DNA of 64,000 bases from Candidatus Krumholzibacteriia bacterium. GTDB taxonomy: Bacteria; Krumholzibacteriota; Krumholzibacteriia; LZORAL124-64-63. A program made the position numbers and the translations under genes. Position 1 is the stretch's first letter. Each line of letters begins with the position of its first letter. The DNA lies in NCBI GenBank assembly GCA_050174015.1, contig JBFXKG010000005.1, positions 32,001-96,000 on the forward strand, read 5' to 3'. The notes under the pieces are model-generated. The model had not been told where the DNA came from and did no database searches. It worked only from the letters and a program-made list of their open reading frames with translations. Shown piece after piece: positions 18,936 to 29,627 of the stretch.

Positions 18936-20186
18936 TCAGTCGCAGATCCGGCTGACGGTGGCCCGCAGCTCACGGGCCTCCTCCTGCTGGGCCTTGAGCT
19001 TGTTGCTGAGGTCGAGCTCGTAGGTCAGGCCCAGGGACATGGCCACGAAGGCCAGGGGGGCGAGGTAGGGCACGAAACGGGCCCGCTTGCGGGCCCGGAG
19101 CAGGGCGCTGGTGCCTTCGGCGCCGGCGGCCAGGATGATGCAGAAACCCAGGCTGGTCAGGTACAGGTGGCTGAGGTTGAGCCAGGTCCCGGTGACGGTC
19201 TGGCCCGTGAACGGCAGCAGGGAGATGTAGGTCCAGGCGATGAAGAACCGGATGGCCTTGCTGCCGAAGATGAAGCCGAAGAAGCTGTAGCTGATGATCG
19301 AGAGGGTCAGGAAGATGCGGATCAGGGTGCGGGCCTGATAGACGAGGATCATCCACCCGGGCGCCGTTTCCATGATGGGGCTGCGCTGCATGGGGAAGAA
19401 CATCAGGTTGAGGTAGCGGAAGATGTTCTTGATCGAGATCCAGGAAAAGATCGGGTTGGCCTCGGGGGCCCCGAAGACCGTGGGATGGGTGTATCCCCAG
19501 GTGTTCTGGGCGAGCTGGAACAGGACGCCCACCACGGCGATGGTGAGCAGGTCCCGGGAGAGCAGCACCCGCCCCCCCCGCCAGGGGTTGAAGAAGAGCT
19601 TGTACGCCAGCAGGCTGAGGATGAGACTGAAGGACGTGGCCTTGGTCAACCCGGACAGCAGGAACAGGAACAGGCCCAGGAGGAAGAATTTGGACAGAAG
19701 CCTCCCCTTGTGGCGGAAATCGTTCCGGATGAAGAAATAGAGGGTCAAAAGGTGCAGGAAGGACAGCAACAGCGATTCCAGCTGGTGGATGGCCATGAAG
19801 ATCTTGCCGTAGCTGCCCACCCCCAGGGCGAACAGGGTCGCCGCCAGGATGGCCATGCTCTTGCGCGGAAAGAGCATGTTGACCAGCATGTAGACGATGA
19901 AGGCGTTGAAGGCGTGGATGAAGAGGTTCACCCCGATGTAACCTGCGGTGTCCAGGCCGAACACCCGGTATTCGAGCAGGAAGGCGAGCTGCAGGAGCGG
20001 CTGGCTGAAATAGAATCCCAGGTGGCCGAGCATCTCCACCGGGTTCCGGCTCAGGATGTGGGCTTCACAGAGGATGTCCCCATCCATGCCGTGCCAGATG
20101 GGGGTGGTCATGATCCGGCCGAAGCAGACGAAGGTCAAGAGCTGCAGCCAGACGAGTATGGGGCCGTGGATCTGGATTTTTTTCAT
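18936..20186 (-). CDS. Polytopic membrane protein, probable GT-C (ArnT/PMT-like) glycosyltransferase
   Basis: N-terminal TM, loop 'MDGDI', 'FGLDTAGYIGVNLFIHAFNA...AATLFAL', and about 11 hydrophobic segments. Confidence 0.55.
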   Translation of the reverse strand: MKKIQIHGPILVWLQLLTFVCFGRIMTTPIWHGMDGDILCEAHILSRNPVEMLGHLGFYFSQPLLQLAFLLEYRVFGLDTAGYIGVNLFIHAFNAFIVYMLVNMLFPRKSMAILAATLFALGVGSYGKIFMAIHQLESLLLSFLHLLTLYFFIRNDFRHKGRLLSKFFLLGLFLFLLSGLTKATSFSLILSLLAYKLFFNPWRGGRVLLSRDLLTIAVVGVLFQLAQNTWGYTHPTVFGAPEANPIFSWISIKNIFRYLNLMFFPMQRSPIMETAPGWMILVYQARTLIRIFLTLSIISYSFFGFIFGSKAIRFFIAWTYISLLPFTGQTVTGTWLNLSHLYLTSLGFCIILAAGAEGTSALLRARKRARFVPYLAPLAFVAMSLGLTYELDLSNKLKAQQEEARELRATVSRICD

Positions 20187-20298
20187 GGCGCCCGTCAAGA
20201 TAACCAGGTCCTTCCCGGCGGGGCAAACGCAATATCGTTTCGGTCCCCCGGCAGGAATCCGAAATCCAGGCCTGCCAAGGCATTCACAGGAGTATAAC

Positions 20299-21855
20299 AT
20301 GGTTTCCACCAGAAATCGGTCGCGTTTTCTTCAGATCCTCCTGGGAATCGGGATCGCCGTGTTCGCCTGCGGCCGGCCCGCCTGGGCGGATCCGGTCGCC
20401 CAGGCCCCCGGGCCCTTCGATCTGACCATCTTCCACACCAACGACGGGCACAGCCACTTCCTGCCCCGGCCGGCTCCCTGGCGGGACGACGGCAGGATGG
20501 TGGGCGGGGTGATTCCGCTGGCCTGGCACCTGGAGGACCAGCGCCGGACCGCCGCGGCGGACATCCTCGTGGACGCCGGAGACTTCATGACCGGCAATCC
20601 GGTCTGCAACCTCGAGGACGAGGGGGTGCCGGGGTATGCCGTCGCCGACATGATGACCCTGCTGGGCTATGACGCCGGAGTGGTCGGCAACCACGAATTC
20701 GACATCGGGGCCGACAAGCTCGGCGGGCTGCTGCCGAGGTTCGGGTACCCGGTGATGGCCCTGGACATCCTGGGACCCGAAGGCACTCCGCACTTCCCCT
20801 CCGAGCCGCTGATCATCGAGAGGGGCGGCCTGCGGATCGGCATCCTGGCGGTCTCCTGCGGGGGCATGGAGGAAGTCGTCACGGCCTCGCGGCTCGGCGG
20901 TCTGGTCATGGCCGACCAGGAGGAGATCGTCCGCCGGGAAGCGGCAGCGCTGGACCCGGTGACCGACCTGATCGTCCTGCTGAGCCACAACGGCGTGGAC
21001 GGGGACGAGGAACTGGCCGCGAGCCTGACCGGCGCCGGGGTCGACGTCATCGTCGGCGGTCACAGCCACACCCGCCTGAAGGAACCCCTGCTGGTGAACG
21101 GGATCATCATCGTCCAGGCCGGCTCCAAGCTGACGGACCTGGGTCGTCTGGACCTGCAGATCGAGGACGACGAGGTCAAGGCCTACCACGGGGAGCTGGT
21201 GACGACCTGGTCGGACGGCACCTTCGCCGGGCCCGAGCTGACGGCCCTGGTGACCGGGCTCGAGAACCGGGTCAAGGACGTGTACGGTCGCCGCATCGGC
21301 ACCCTGACCACCGATCTGACCAAGGGCGGCGGCGAGACCGTGCTTGGCAATTGGCTGGCCGACATCCTGAGGGAACGGGCGGAGGCGGACGTGGCCCTGA
21401 TCAACACCGGCGGCATCCGCAAGGAACTGCGGGCGGGGTCCTTGACCGCCCTGGACATCCACGAGATCCTGCCCTTCGCCAACGCCCTGGTCACCATGGA
21501 ACTCACCGGCCGCGAACTGGCGGCCGTGGTCCAGCGGAACGCCGACAGCGGGGTGGGGGGCGGCCACGGGATCCTCCAGGTGTCCGGCCTGAGGTACGCC
21601 TACCGGCCGGCCCCCGACGGCAAGACCGCCCAGGTGGAAGAAATCCTGGTGGGAGGGAAACCTCTGGACACCGGGGGCGTCTACACCGTGGCCCTGCCGG
21701 ACTACGTGGCGTCCATGGCGCACGTCTACCTGAATATCGAGGTGCCGGCCGTGTATGATTCCGGCGTCACCCTGACCCAGGTCGTCATCGAGGCCGTCGA
21801 GGCCGCGGGCGAGGTGGGGTCCGCCCTCGATGGGCGCATCACTGAACTGCAATGA
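20299..21855 (+). CDS. Bifunctional UDP-sugar hydrolase/5'-nucleotidase, exported
   Basis: Metallophosphoesterase motifs HTNDGH, DAGD, GNHEFD, LSH, GGHSH, plus C-terminal 'NTGGIR', 'LPFAN'. ATG 20299 with AGGAG RBS. Confidence 0.92.
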   Translation: MVSTRNRSRFLQILLGIGIAVFACGRPAWADPVAQAPGPFDLTIFHTNDGHSHFLPRPAPWRDDGRMVGGVIPLAWHLEDQRRTAAADILVDAGDFMTGNPVCNLEDEGVPGYAVADMMTLLGYDAGVVGNHEFDIGADKLGGLLPRFGYPVMALDILGPEGTPHFPSEPLIIERGGLRIGILAVSCGGMEEVVTASRLGGLVMADQEEIVRREAAALDPVTDLIVLLSHNGVDGDEELAASLTGAGVDVIVGGHSHTRLKEPLLVNGIIIVQAGSKLTDLGRLDLQIEDDEVKAYHGELVTTWSDGTFAGPELTALVTGLENRVKDVYGRRIGTLTTDLTKGGGETVLGNWLADILRERAEADVALINTGGIRKELRAGSLTALDIHEILPFANALVTMELTGRELAAVVQRNADSGVGGGHGILQVSGLRYAYRPAPDGKTAQVEEILVGGKPLDTGGVYTVALPDYVASMAHVYLNIEVPAVYDSGVTLTQVVIEAVEAAGEVGSALDGRITELQ

Positions 21856-21869
21856 GGAGGGATCGGACG

Positions 21870-22634
21870 ATGGCTCACGACATCGAATATCAGATCGTCG
21901 GCGACGACATGCAGGCGGTCGTGGTGGAACTGGACCCGGGCGAGGCGGTGGTCGCCGAGGCCGGCGCCATGCTCTACATGGAGGACGGCATCCGGATGGA
22001 CACCGGCACCGGCGGCGGGGTGTTCCAGGGGCTCAAGCGGGTGCTGACCGGCGAGAGCTTCTTCATCACCAGCTTCGTCCACACCGGGTCGGGGAAGGGG
22101 CACGTGGCGTTCTCCGCGCCCTACCCGGGCAAGGTCGTGCCCCTGGACCTGGCGGCCCTCGGCGGGACGATGATGTGCCAGAAGGACGCCTTCCTGTGCG
22201 CGGCCAAGGGCACAGACATCTCCATCGCCTTCACCAAACGGCTCGGGGCGGGCCTGTTCGGCGGCGAGGGGTTCATCCTCCAGAAGCTCGTGGGGGACGG
22301 GCTGGCCTTCGCCCACGCCGGCGGTGCGGTGATGCCCATGGACCTGGCGCCGGCCCAGAGCCTGCGGGTGGACACCGGCTGCCTGGTGGCGTTCCAGGAG
22401 TCGGTGGACTACGACATCCAGTTCGTGGGCGGGTTCACGAACGCCCTGTTCGGCGGGGAAGGCCTGTTCCTGGCCACCTTGCGGGGGCCGGGACGGGTGT
22501 ACCTGCAGACGCTGCCCTTCAGCAGGCTGGCCGACCGGATCCGGGCCGCCGTGGGCCGCAACCGGGGCGAACACAAGGGTGCCGGCGGAATCGGCGGCGG
22601 ACTCCTCAAGAACATCATCAGCGGAGATCGTTGA
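21870..22634 (+). CDS. AIM24 / TIGR00266 family protein
   Basis: 'AEAGAM', '[13 protein letters not shown]', 'VDTGCLVAF', '[23 protein letters not shown]'. Confidence 0.92.
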   Translation: MAHDIEYQIVGDDMQAVVVELDPGEAVVAEAGAMLYMEDGIRMDTGTGGGVFQGLKRVLTGESFFITSFVHTGSGKGHVAFSAPYPGKVVPLDLAALGGTMMCQKDAFLCAAKGTDISIAFTKRLGAGLFGGEGFILQKLVGDGLAFAHAGGAVMPMDLAPAQSLRVDTGCLVAFQESVDYDIQFVGGFTNALFGGEGLFLATLRGPGRVYLQTLPFSRLADRIRAAVGRNRGEHKGAGGIGGGLLKNIISGDR

Positions 22635-22983
22635 ACGCCTTGGTGATACGGCGGGGGGCCGCCCGGCCCCTCCGCCAATTCCCCGACAGGGACCCCTGAC
22701 GGCCCGTTTTTGTGCTATCATGGAGAGGTCCTGGTGAGGATCAGGGCAGCGAACATTTTCCCGGCGCTTGCGTAGAATGACGACCCCCGTCACGCACGCA
22801 TTCCGGCGGATCGTTGCTCAGGCGATCGAGACGGACATCCGGATGGAGGCAGGCCTCCCTGCCCCAGCGGTCGACAACTCCTTCGGTTGGGCCCGATCCC
22901 TGCCGGCGCCCGGCGCCTGGACCGGAACCGTCCCCACCGGTTCCGGGCGGCACGCGGCTTGCCGTTTACGAAGGAGGCCCGTC

Positions 22984-23463
22984 ATGTCGGCCACGATCTA
23001 CTCCGCGGAATACTACTACACCACCGTCAAGGACGCCCCCGGACAGGGGTGCCGGTTCCTGGAAACCCTGGCCACCGAGGAAGTCAACCTGCTGGCGTTC
23101 AATGCATTCCCTGTCGGGAAGGACAGGACCCAGCTGGTCATCTACCCCCTGAACTCCACCTGGCTGGGTGAGCTTGCCCGGCATGAGGGCCTGAAGCTGG
23201 TGGGTCCCCACAACGCCTTCATCGTCCATGGCGACGACGAACTGGGCGCCCTGGTCGGCATCCACCAGAAGCTGTGCGATGCGGAGATCAACGTCTCGAG
23301 CTCGAGCGGGATCACGGACGGGCGGGGCGGTTTCCGGTACATCATGCACGTGCATCCGGAGGATTTCGAGCGGGCCCGGGTTGTCCTGGGCGTCGACCTG
23401 AACGTCAAATCCCTGGCCGACTACCACCTCGGGGTGTACCGGCGGTTTGCCGCGAAGAACTGA
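22984..23463 (+). CDS. Tandem ACT-like domain protein
   Basis: Two ACT-like repeats ('VKDAPGQG...VNLLAF', 'GDDELGALVGIHQKLCDAEINV'). AAGGAGG RBS. Confidence 0.7.
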   Translation: MSATIYSAEYYYTTVKDAPGQGCRFLETLATEEVNLLAFNAFPVGKDRTQLVIYPLNSTWLGELARHEGLKLVGPHNAFIVHGDDELGALVGIHQKLCDAEINVSSSSGITDGRGGFRYIMHVHPEDFERARVVLGVDLNVKSLADYHLGVYRRFAAKN

Positions 23464-23500
23464 GGGGTCGGCGGCCCCCCGCAGGGGACCGCCCCGGCTT

Positions 23501-25498
23501 TCAGGCGATGCAGACCTTGTTCCGCCCCGCATTCTTGGCGGCGTAGAGCGCCTCGTCCGCTTCCTTGATCATGTCCTGGGGATTCGCGTGTTCGTCGCCG
23601 CGGACGGACACGCCGATGGAAATGGTCACGTTCCCCTCGAATTCCGGGGTGTTGATGTGGTTGTTCTCCACGGCCGCCCGGATCCGGTCCCCGAGGGCCA
23701 TCGCGATCTGGATGTCGGCGCCCGGACAGATCACCAGGAATTCCTCGCCCCCGAAGCGGCAGACCACGTCGTATTCGCGCAGGGTGGTGCGCATCACTCC
23801 GGCGGTCGAACGCAGCACCACGTCCCCCGCGTCGTGCCCGAAGGTGTCGTTGACCCTCTTGAACTTGTCGATGTCCATGACCATGACCAGCATGGGGTTG
23901 CGGGTGCGGCTGGCCTCGGCCCAGACCTGTTCGAGGCGGTCCAGCCCGGCCCGGCGGTTGGGCAGGCCGGTGAGCTGGTCCTCCATGGCCAGGCGTTCCA
24001 CCTGCTCGTACATCTTCTGGAGTTCCCGCTTCTGCAGGGCCATGGTCTTCAGGTGGCGCTGGATGGCCTTCCGGTCCCGGTCGCCGAGCACCTGCAGGTT
24101 GATGACCCGGGCCGCCGACCGGATCTTGGCCGCGAGGATCCGGTGGTTCAGGGGCTTGATCAGGTAGTCGTCGATGCCGGCCTCGAAACCTTCCTCGAGT
24201 TCCTGCTGGCTGCTGTTGGAGGTCATGATGAGGATGTGGCAGTTGCCCATCTGCTCGGACCGGCGCAGGGTGCGGCACAGCTCCAGGCCGTCCAACTCGG
24301 GCAGCATCCAGTCGGTGAGGATGAGCTGGGGGTTGGTCTGCAGGGCGAGCTGGAGAGCTTCCCGGCCGTCGGCGGCGGTGATGACCTTGTGCCCCGCGGC
24401 GCCGAGCTTCTTTTCGAGCAGCCGGCGGTCCACCAGGCTGTCGGTCACCAGCAGGATCTCCAGCCCGTTTTCCAGATCGGTCTCCCGGGCGGCGCTCCCG
24501 GCGGCATCCTCGTCGGGGCTTCCCTGAGGCCCGGTCCGGGGCTTGTCCTTCAGGGGTACGTCGTAGGCCCTGGCGCGCCGCACCAGGTTCTCCATGGCCG
24601 GCACGTTGCTGGTCAGGACGTCGAGGACGCGCCCCATCCGGGACCATTCGGCGAGGACCTCGTCGTACAGGGCGATCCACTGGTCCTCGGGAATCAGATG
24701 GGCCTCGCCGACGTGGACGAAATCCAGCACCAGCCGGTGCCGCTCCGGGCCGTCCTCGAGACAGATCTCGGCGGCGAGATCGGCGATGTTGAGCAGGTTG
24801 GCGAGCTTCTCGGAGCGCCCGCGCTCGGGGCCGTGGCCCGGTCCCCCGATCCAGGCGAGGTCGTCCTGGTTGAGGACGGCCTGCTGGTAATACTCGGGCA
24901 GACCCCAGTCCTTGAAGATCGCCGCGCTGACCTGATGATGGTCGATGGACAGGGTGTCCTGTTCGAGCTCCCTCAGTTCGGCGTTGGAACCGGCGTTCCA
25001 GGCGTCCAGGATGCGCGAATATTCGTCGGGGTACACGCTCGCCAGGGCCAGGCTGCCGATGTGTCCGAGCAGGCCGCAGGTGAAGCCCTCGTCCGGGCTG
25101 ACCGAGGAGATGCGGCGGCTGAGGACCTGGCAGCTGACGGCGGTGGCCAGGGACCGGGCCCAGTAGCGCTGGTAATCGAAGCGCGGGCAGGGGCCGCTGC
25201 GGGCGTTGGACAGGACCGAAAATCCCAGGCAGAGCTGGCGCACCATGCTCATGCCCAGCCGCACCAGGGCGTCGTTGAGCGAGGTGATCTCGGTGCGGGT
25301 GCCCATCTCTGCGGAGTTCGCGTACTTCAGGACCTGGCCGGCGAGGGAGGGGTCCCCCTTGAGGACCTCGACCAGGTCCTCAGTGCTGGTGTCGGGCTTG
25401 CGGGTGAGTTCGAGAATGGTCAGCGCCACCCCGGTGGGCGAGGGGAGGCGGCCCGAGGCCTTGAGCTCGGCGAGGAAGCTGGTGTCGACCTTGGTCAC
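23501..25498 (-). CDS. HDOD-REC-GGDEF diguanylate cyclase
   Basis: HDOD (LPSP...DPSLAGQVLKYANS), receiver (LILTDWMLP), GGDEF (DIDKFKRVNDTFGHDAGD; REYD I-site; RFGGEEF). Confidence 0.93.
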   Translation of the reverse strand: MTKVDTSFLAELKASGRLPSPTGVALTILELTRKPDTSTEDLVEVLKGDPSLAGQVLKYANSAEMGTRTEITSLNDALVRLGMSMVRQLCLGFSVLSNARSGPCPRFDYQRYWARSLATAVSCQVLSRRISSVSPDEGFTCGLLGHIGSLALASVYPDEYSRILDAWNAGSNAELRELEQDTLSIDHHQVSAAIFKDWGLPEYYQQAVLNQDDLAWIGGPGHGPERGRSEKLANLLNIADLAAEICLEDGPERHRLVLDFVHVGEAHLIPEDQWIALYDEVLAEWSRMGRVLDVLTSNVPAMENLVRRARAYDVPLKDKPRTGPQGSPDEDAAGSAARETDLENGLEILLVTDSLVDRRLLEKKLGAAGHKVITAADGREALQLALQTNPQLILTDWMLPELDGLELCRTLRRSEQMGNCHILIMTSNSSQQELEEGFEAGIDDYLIKPLNHRILAAKIRSAARVINLQVLGDRDRKAIQRHLKTMALQKRELQKMYEQVERLAMEDQLTGLPNRRAGLDRLEQVWAEASRTRNPMLVMVMDIDKFKRVNDTFGHDAGDVVLRSTAGVMRTTLREYDVVCRFGGEEFLVICPGADIQIAMALGDRIRAAVENNHINTPEFEGNVTISIGVSVRGDEHANPQDMIKEADEALYAAKNAGRNKVCIA

Positions 25499-25597
25499 GT
25501 GTTCTCTTTCCGGTTTGGCCGGCTGCGGCGCAGAATGTACTATCCAGGGGAAATGACCCCTTCCCCCGGAAACCTCTGGGTGGATGATCCGGATTTT

Positions 25598-25624
25598 GTA
25601 TCGCCGGTTTCAACGGCGGCTTGA
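25598..25624 (-). promoter_or_regulatory. Putative sigma28 (FliA)-like promoter of diguanylate cyclase
   Basis: Minus strand TCAAG-N14-GGCGATAC. Confidence 0.5.
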
Positions 25625-25645
25625 CCGAATTTCCCCGGAGCGTGC

Positions 25646-27181
25646 ATGGCCCGTAAACCGCAGCTTCTGATGGTCTTCGCGGTCGTGGGGCTCTTCGCCG
25701 CCGGCGCGGCGCTGCTCGCGGGAACCAGGCCGGTGGACGGGGACGAGGGCTACTACGCCGGCGCGGCCCGCCTGACGGCTTCGGGGCGGGTTCCCTACGG
25801 GGATTTCTTCTACCCCCAGACCCCCGTCCTGCCCTTCGTGTACGCCCCGTTCAGCGGTCCGGAAGGGGGATCCCTGGTGGGATTGCGGATGGTCTCGGTG
25901 GCGGCGGCGGCGCTGGGCCTGCTGCTCCTGGGATCCTTCCTGCGGCGGATGCACGGGCCGGGAAGCTGGCTGCCGGCGGCGGGGGTGCTGCTGGTGGCCC
26001 TGGATCCCCACTTCCTGTCCTGGAACGTGACGGTCAAGACCTACGCCCTGGCCAATCTCGGGGTGTTCGGCGTTCTCTGGGCCCTGGGCCGCGGCTGGGA
26101 GACCCGGTCGCCGCGGTGGTTCGCCGGAGCCGGCCTCATGGCCGGGCTGGTGATCGGGGTGCGCCTGCTGTACGCCGTCTGGGCCGGCGCCCTGGTCCTG
26201 GCGGTGGCCGTGACCTTCCTGGCCCGCGAACGGACCCGCCGTCCAGGGGCCTTTGTCGGACTGATCGGCGGGCTGGTCCTGGGGACGGCTCCGGTCTGGG
26301 GCTTCCTCCTGCGGGATCCCGACCGCTTCATGTTCAACAACCTGCGCTACCACCTCCTGCGCTACAGCCCTCACGATGCGCCGGGTGCGGGCCCGCTGGA
26401 TCAGGGGCTGGATGCCTTGGCCGTGTTCGCCGGGACCGTGGCCACCCATCCCTACCTGCTGGTCTGGCTCCTGTTGGCGGGATGGGGCTGGCGGGAAGTG
26501 CGGCGCGGGCGCGAAGGATCAGGACCGTACGCCTGGTGGGCCGCCGGATTCCTGGCCTACACCGGGACCTGCCTTTTGCCCGACCCGGTCTATCCCCAGT
26601 ACTTCACGGCGGCCTGGGGGCCGCTTCTGGCTCCTCTGGCGGTGCGGGGGCTGGCCGCTCTACCGGCGCCGACCCGGCGACCGCTTCGCCCGGGGCTCGT
26701 GGCCGGGGCCGTCGTGGTGGTCCTGGCCGGGATCTCGGGCATCGAACTCGGAGTGCGCAGGACGGGGATGGACACCGCCGAGGTCTGGTCCCTCGACCAC
26801 CAGGCCAGGGTGGCGGCCGCCATCGAGCGGCACACCCGACCGGGCGACGTGGTGCTGGCCTTCTGGTCGGGGTACCCCTTCCTCGCGCGGCGGGGTTACC
26901 TGGAAGGGATGGAGAACCACTTCGCCCTGGGCGTCAGCGAGCAGTTGACCCTGGAGCAGAAGATCCACTACCACGTCGTGGGCAAGGAACTGCTGCTGGA
27001 GGCCTTCACCCGGCAGGCTCCTGCCGCCGTGGTGCTGGGCGGCTGGATGCACGAGATCAACACCCGCCTGGACCAGGACCACATCCCCGTGCTGCTGGAG
27101 GAGCTCCAGCGGCGCTACGAGATCCGCGAGCTGCTGGGCGAGGTGAAGGTGATGACTCCCCGGAAGGAGCCGCGGCCGTAG
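25646..27181 (+). CDS. ArnT/GT39-like membrane glycosyltransferase
   Basis: 'DGDEGYY' after the first TM, 'VPYGDFFYPQTP', many TM helices and a C-terminal soluble domain. Confidence 0.75.
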   Translation: MARKPQLLMVFAVVGLFAAGAALLAGTRPVDGDEGYYAGAARLTASGRVPYGDFFYPQTPVLPFVYAPFSGPEGGSLVGLRMVSVAAAALGLLLLGSFLRRMHGPGSWLPAAGVLLVALDPHFLSWNVTVKTYALANLGVFGVLWALGRGWETRSPRWFAGAGLMAGLVIGVRLLYAVWAGALVLAVAVTFLARERTRRPGAFVGLIGGLVLGTAPVWGFLLRDPDRFMFNNLRYHLLRYSPHDAPGAGPLDQGLDALAVFAGTVATHPYLLVWLLLAGWGWREVRRGREGSGPYAWWAAGFLAYTGTCLLPDPVYPQYFTAAWGPLLAPLAVRGLAALPAPTRRPLRPGLVAGAVVVVLAGISGIELGVRRTGMDTAEVWSLDHQARVAAAIERHTRPGDVVLAFWSGYPFLARRGYLEGMENHFALGVSEQLTLEQKIHYHVVGKELLLEAFTRQAPAAVVLGGWMHEINTRLDQDHIPVLLEELQRRYEIRELLGEVKVMTPRKEPRP

Positions 27182-27315
27182 ATCACGTCCGCCCGCGGCG
27201 CCGCGCGGGGGCCGGCGAGGCCGGCTGCCCGGGCCCGGACCGGCTTGCCCGAGGCCGGGGGTGCTGCTAGGTTGACCCGGAGAATCGCAATGGATGCCAC
27301 GTCCCAGGAGCCTGC

Positions 27316-28866
27316 ATGAGCCAGACCATTCCCGCCGCCGACCTGCGATCGTTCATCCGGTTCCTCGAGGACCGGGGCGAACTGGTGCGTGTGAGCGAGC
27401 CGGCCGATCCCTGCCTGGAGATCACCGAGATCGCCGACCGGTTCGTCAAGGCCGGCGAGTCGCCGGCCCTCCTGTTCGAAAATCCGGCCCGGGGGGAACT
27501 CAGCGCCCGGGCGGGTCTCGACCGGCAGGCGAAGGGACCCGACGGCAAGCCGGTCCCCCTGCTCATCAACCTGTTCGCGAGCCGACGCCGGATGGCCTGG
27601 GCCCTGGGTTGCGATTCCATCGACGAGGCGGTCGCGCGCATCAGGGAGCCCCTGGGCATGGGCCCCCCGTCCGGCCTGTGGGACAAGGTCCGCATGCTGG
27701 GCAAGCTCAAGGACTGGGGCGGGACCACGCCGCGGATGGTGGACCGGGGCGCCTGCCGGCAGATCGTCGTCCAGGGTGAAGAGCTCGACCATCGCGGGCT
27801 GCTGGATCTGATGCCGGTGCTGACCACCTGGCCCGGGGACGGCGGGCCGTACATCACCACCCCCCTGGTGATCACGCGGAATCCCGAGAACGGCCGGCGC
27901 AACATCGGCATGTACCGCATGCAGGTCTTCGACGGCCGCATGACGGGCATGCACTGGCAGGTGCACAAGACCGGGGCGGCCCACTTCGCGGAGCACGAGA
28001 AGCAGGGCACACGGATGCCCGTCTGCGTGGCGATCGGGGGGCCGCCGGCCTTGACCTACGCGGCGACCGCCCCCTTGCCGCCCGACATCGACGAGGCCCT
28101 GTTCGCCGGTTTCCTGACAGGCCGCCCCGTCACCATGACCAAGGCCGTGACCTGCGATCTCGAGGTTCCCGCCGAGGCGGACTTCGTCATCGAGGGCTAC
28201 GTCGAACCGGGCGAACGCCGCCTCGAAGGCGACTTCGGGGACCACACCGGCTGGTACAGCCTGGCCGAGGACTTCCCGGTCTTCCACGTGACCTGCATCA
28301 CGAGCCGTCGCGACCCGGTCTACCTGACCACCATCGTCGGCAAGCCGCCCATGGAAGACGGCTGGCTGGGGTGGGCCACCGAACGGCTGTTCCTGCCGCT
28401 GTTGCAGATCCCCCTGCCGGAAGTGGTGGACTACCACCTGCCGGTGGCCGCCTGCTTCCACAACCTGGTGATCGTGGCCATCCGGAAACGCTATCCCGGC
28501 CACGCCCGCAAGGTCTGCCAGGCTCTGTGGGGCACCGGGCAGATCATGTTCTCCAAGACGGTGATCGTCGTCGACGAGGACGTCGACGTCCACGACCTGA
28601 ACGAGGTGCTGTGGAGGGTGACCGGCAGCATCGATCCCGGCCGCGACGTGTTCTTCAGCGAGGGGCCCATCGACCAGCTCGATCACGCGACCAATCTGGC
28701 CTGCTACGGCGGGAAGATGGGCATCGACGCCACCACCAAGCTGCCGGGCGAGCTCGGCTACCAGCGGGAGTGGCCGCCCATCGTCACGATGGATCCCCAG
28801 GTGAAGGACGTGGTCTCGCGCAAATGGGCCGACCTGCTCGCCCGTCTCCAGGGCGGCGGAGCCTGA
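27316..28866 (+). CDS. ubiD: UbiD-family menaquinone biosynthesis decarboxylase (MqnL-like)
   Basis: 'DLRSFIRFLE', 'WPGDGGPYIT', 'NIGMYRMQ', 'EGDFGDHTGWY', 'GKPPMED', 'GGKMGIDAT'. Confidence 0.93.
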   Translation: MSQTIPAADLRSFIRFLEDRGELVRVSEPADPCLEITEIADRFVKAGESPALLFENPARGELSARAGLDRQAKGPDGKPVPLLINLFASRRRMAWALGCDSIDEAVARIREPLGMGPPSGLWDKVRMLGKLKDWGGTTPRMVDRGACRQIVVQGEELDHRGLLDLMPVLTTWPGDGGPYITTPLVITRNPENGRRNIGMYRMQVFDGRMTGMHWQVHKTGAAHFAEHEKQGTRMPVCVAIGGPPALTYAATAPLPPDIDEALFAGFLTGRPVTMTKAVTCDLEVPAEADFVIEGYVEPGERRLEGDFGDHTGWYSLAEDFPVFHVTCITSRRDPVYLTTIVGKPPMEDGWLGWATERLFLPLLQIPLPEVVDYHLPVAACFHNLVIVAIRKRYPGHARKVCQALWGTGQIMFSKTVIVVDEDVDVHDLNEVLWRVTGSIDPGRDVFFSEGPIDQLDHATNLACYGGKMGIDATTKLPGELGYQREWPPIVTMDPQVKDVVSRKWADLLARLQGGGA

Positions 28867-29627
28867 TGGCCCGGTTCGAGGACATCCACGGCCGCAACGA
28901 GTCGTGGACGGTGCGCGACACCGGAACCCACAGCCGCACCGTCCGGTCGATGTTCGCCCGCATCGCCCGCGTCTACGACTTCATGAACCACCTGCTGAGC
29001 CTGAACCGGGACAAGGCCTGGCGCAAGCGGGTGGCCGCCCGGCTCGACCACGACGCCTGGGAGGTGCTCGACCTCTGCGCCGGCACCGGGGACCTCGCCC
29101 TGGCGGCGATGAAGGCGGGCAAGGGGCGGGCCTGGATCGCGGCCGACTTCTGCCCCGAGATGCTCGCCGGCTCGCGCGGCAAGCGCGGGGCGGGCGAGCT
29201 CAGGCTCGCGGCCGCCGACGCGATGGTTCTGCCCTTCCGTGACATCAGCGTCGATGCGGTGACCGTCGGCTTCGGCGTCCGCAACTTCGCCGACGTGCGG
29301 CGGGGCGTGCAGGAGATCGCGCGGGTCCTGCGGCCCGGCGGACAGGTCCTGGTGCTGGACTTCTTCCGGGACGATCCGGCGGGCGAGGAGGAAGCCCGGG
29401 GCGTGTCGGGGCCCATCCGCATCCTCCTGAACACCTTCGTGCCCCTGGTGGGAAAGCTGGTGGGCAGGGACGGTTCGGCGTACCGGTATCTCAGCAGCAG
29501 CATGGCGGCGTTCATGACTCCGCGCGAATTCGCGGGCCTGCTCGATGAATTCGGGTTCAAGGACACCTTCATCGAGCGGCAGACCTTCGGCATCGCCCAC
29601 CTCGTCGGCGGAAGGCTGGAAAAATGA
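28866..29627 (+). CDS. menG: UbiE/MenG demethylmenaquinone methyltransferase
   Basis: 'MFARIARVYDFMNHLLS', 'VLDLCAGTGD', 'GFGVRN'; coupled to ubiD (TGATG). Confidence 0.9.
   Translation: MARFEDIHGRNESWTVRDTGTHSRTVRSMFARIARVYDFMNHLLSLNRDKAWRKRVAARLDHDAWEVLDLCAGTGDLALAAMKAGKGRAWIAADFCPEMLAGSRGKRGAGELRLAAADAMVLPFRDISVDAVTVGFGVRNFADVRRGVQEIARVLRPGGQVLVLDFFRDDPAGEEEARGVSGPIRILLNTFVPLVGKLVGRDGSAYRYLSSSMAAFMTPREFAGLLDEFGFKDTFIERQTFGIAHLVGGRLEK

Noticed and set aside
22722..22824. Glycine riboswitch (GGAGAG...CTCAGG)
   Set aside because: The conserved CCGAAG segment after P2 is missing and the spacing is wrong.
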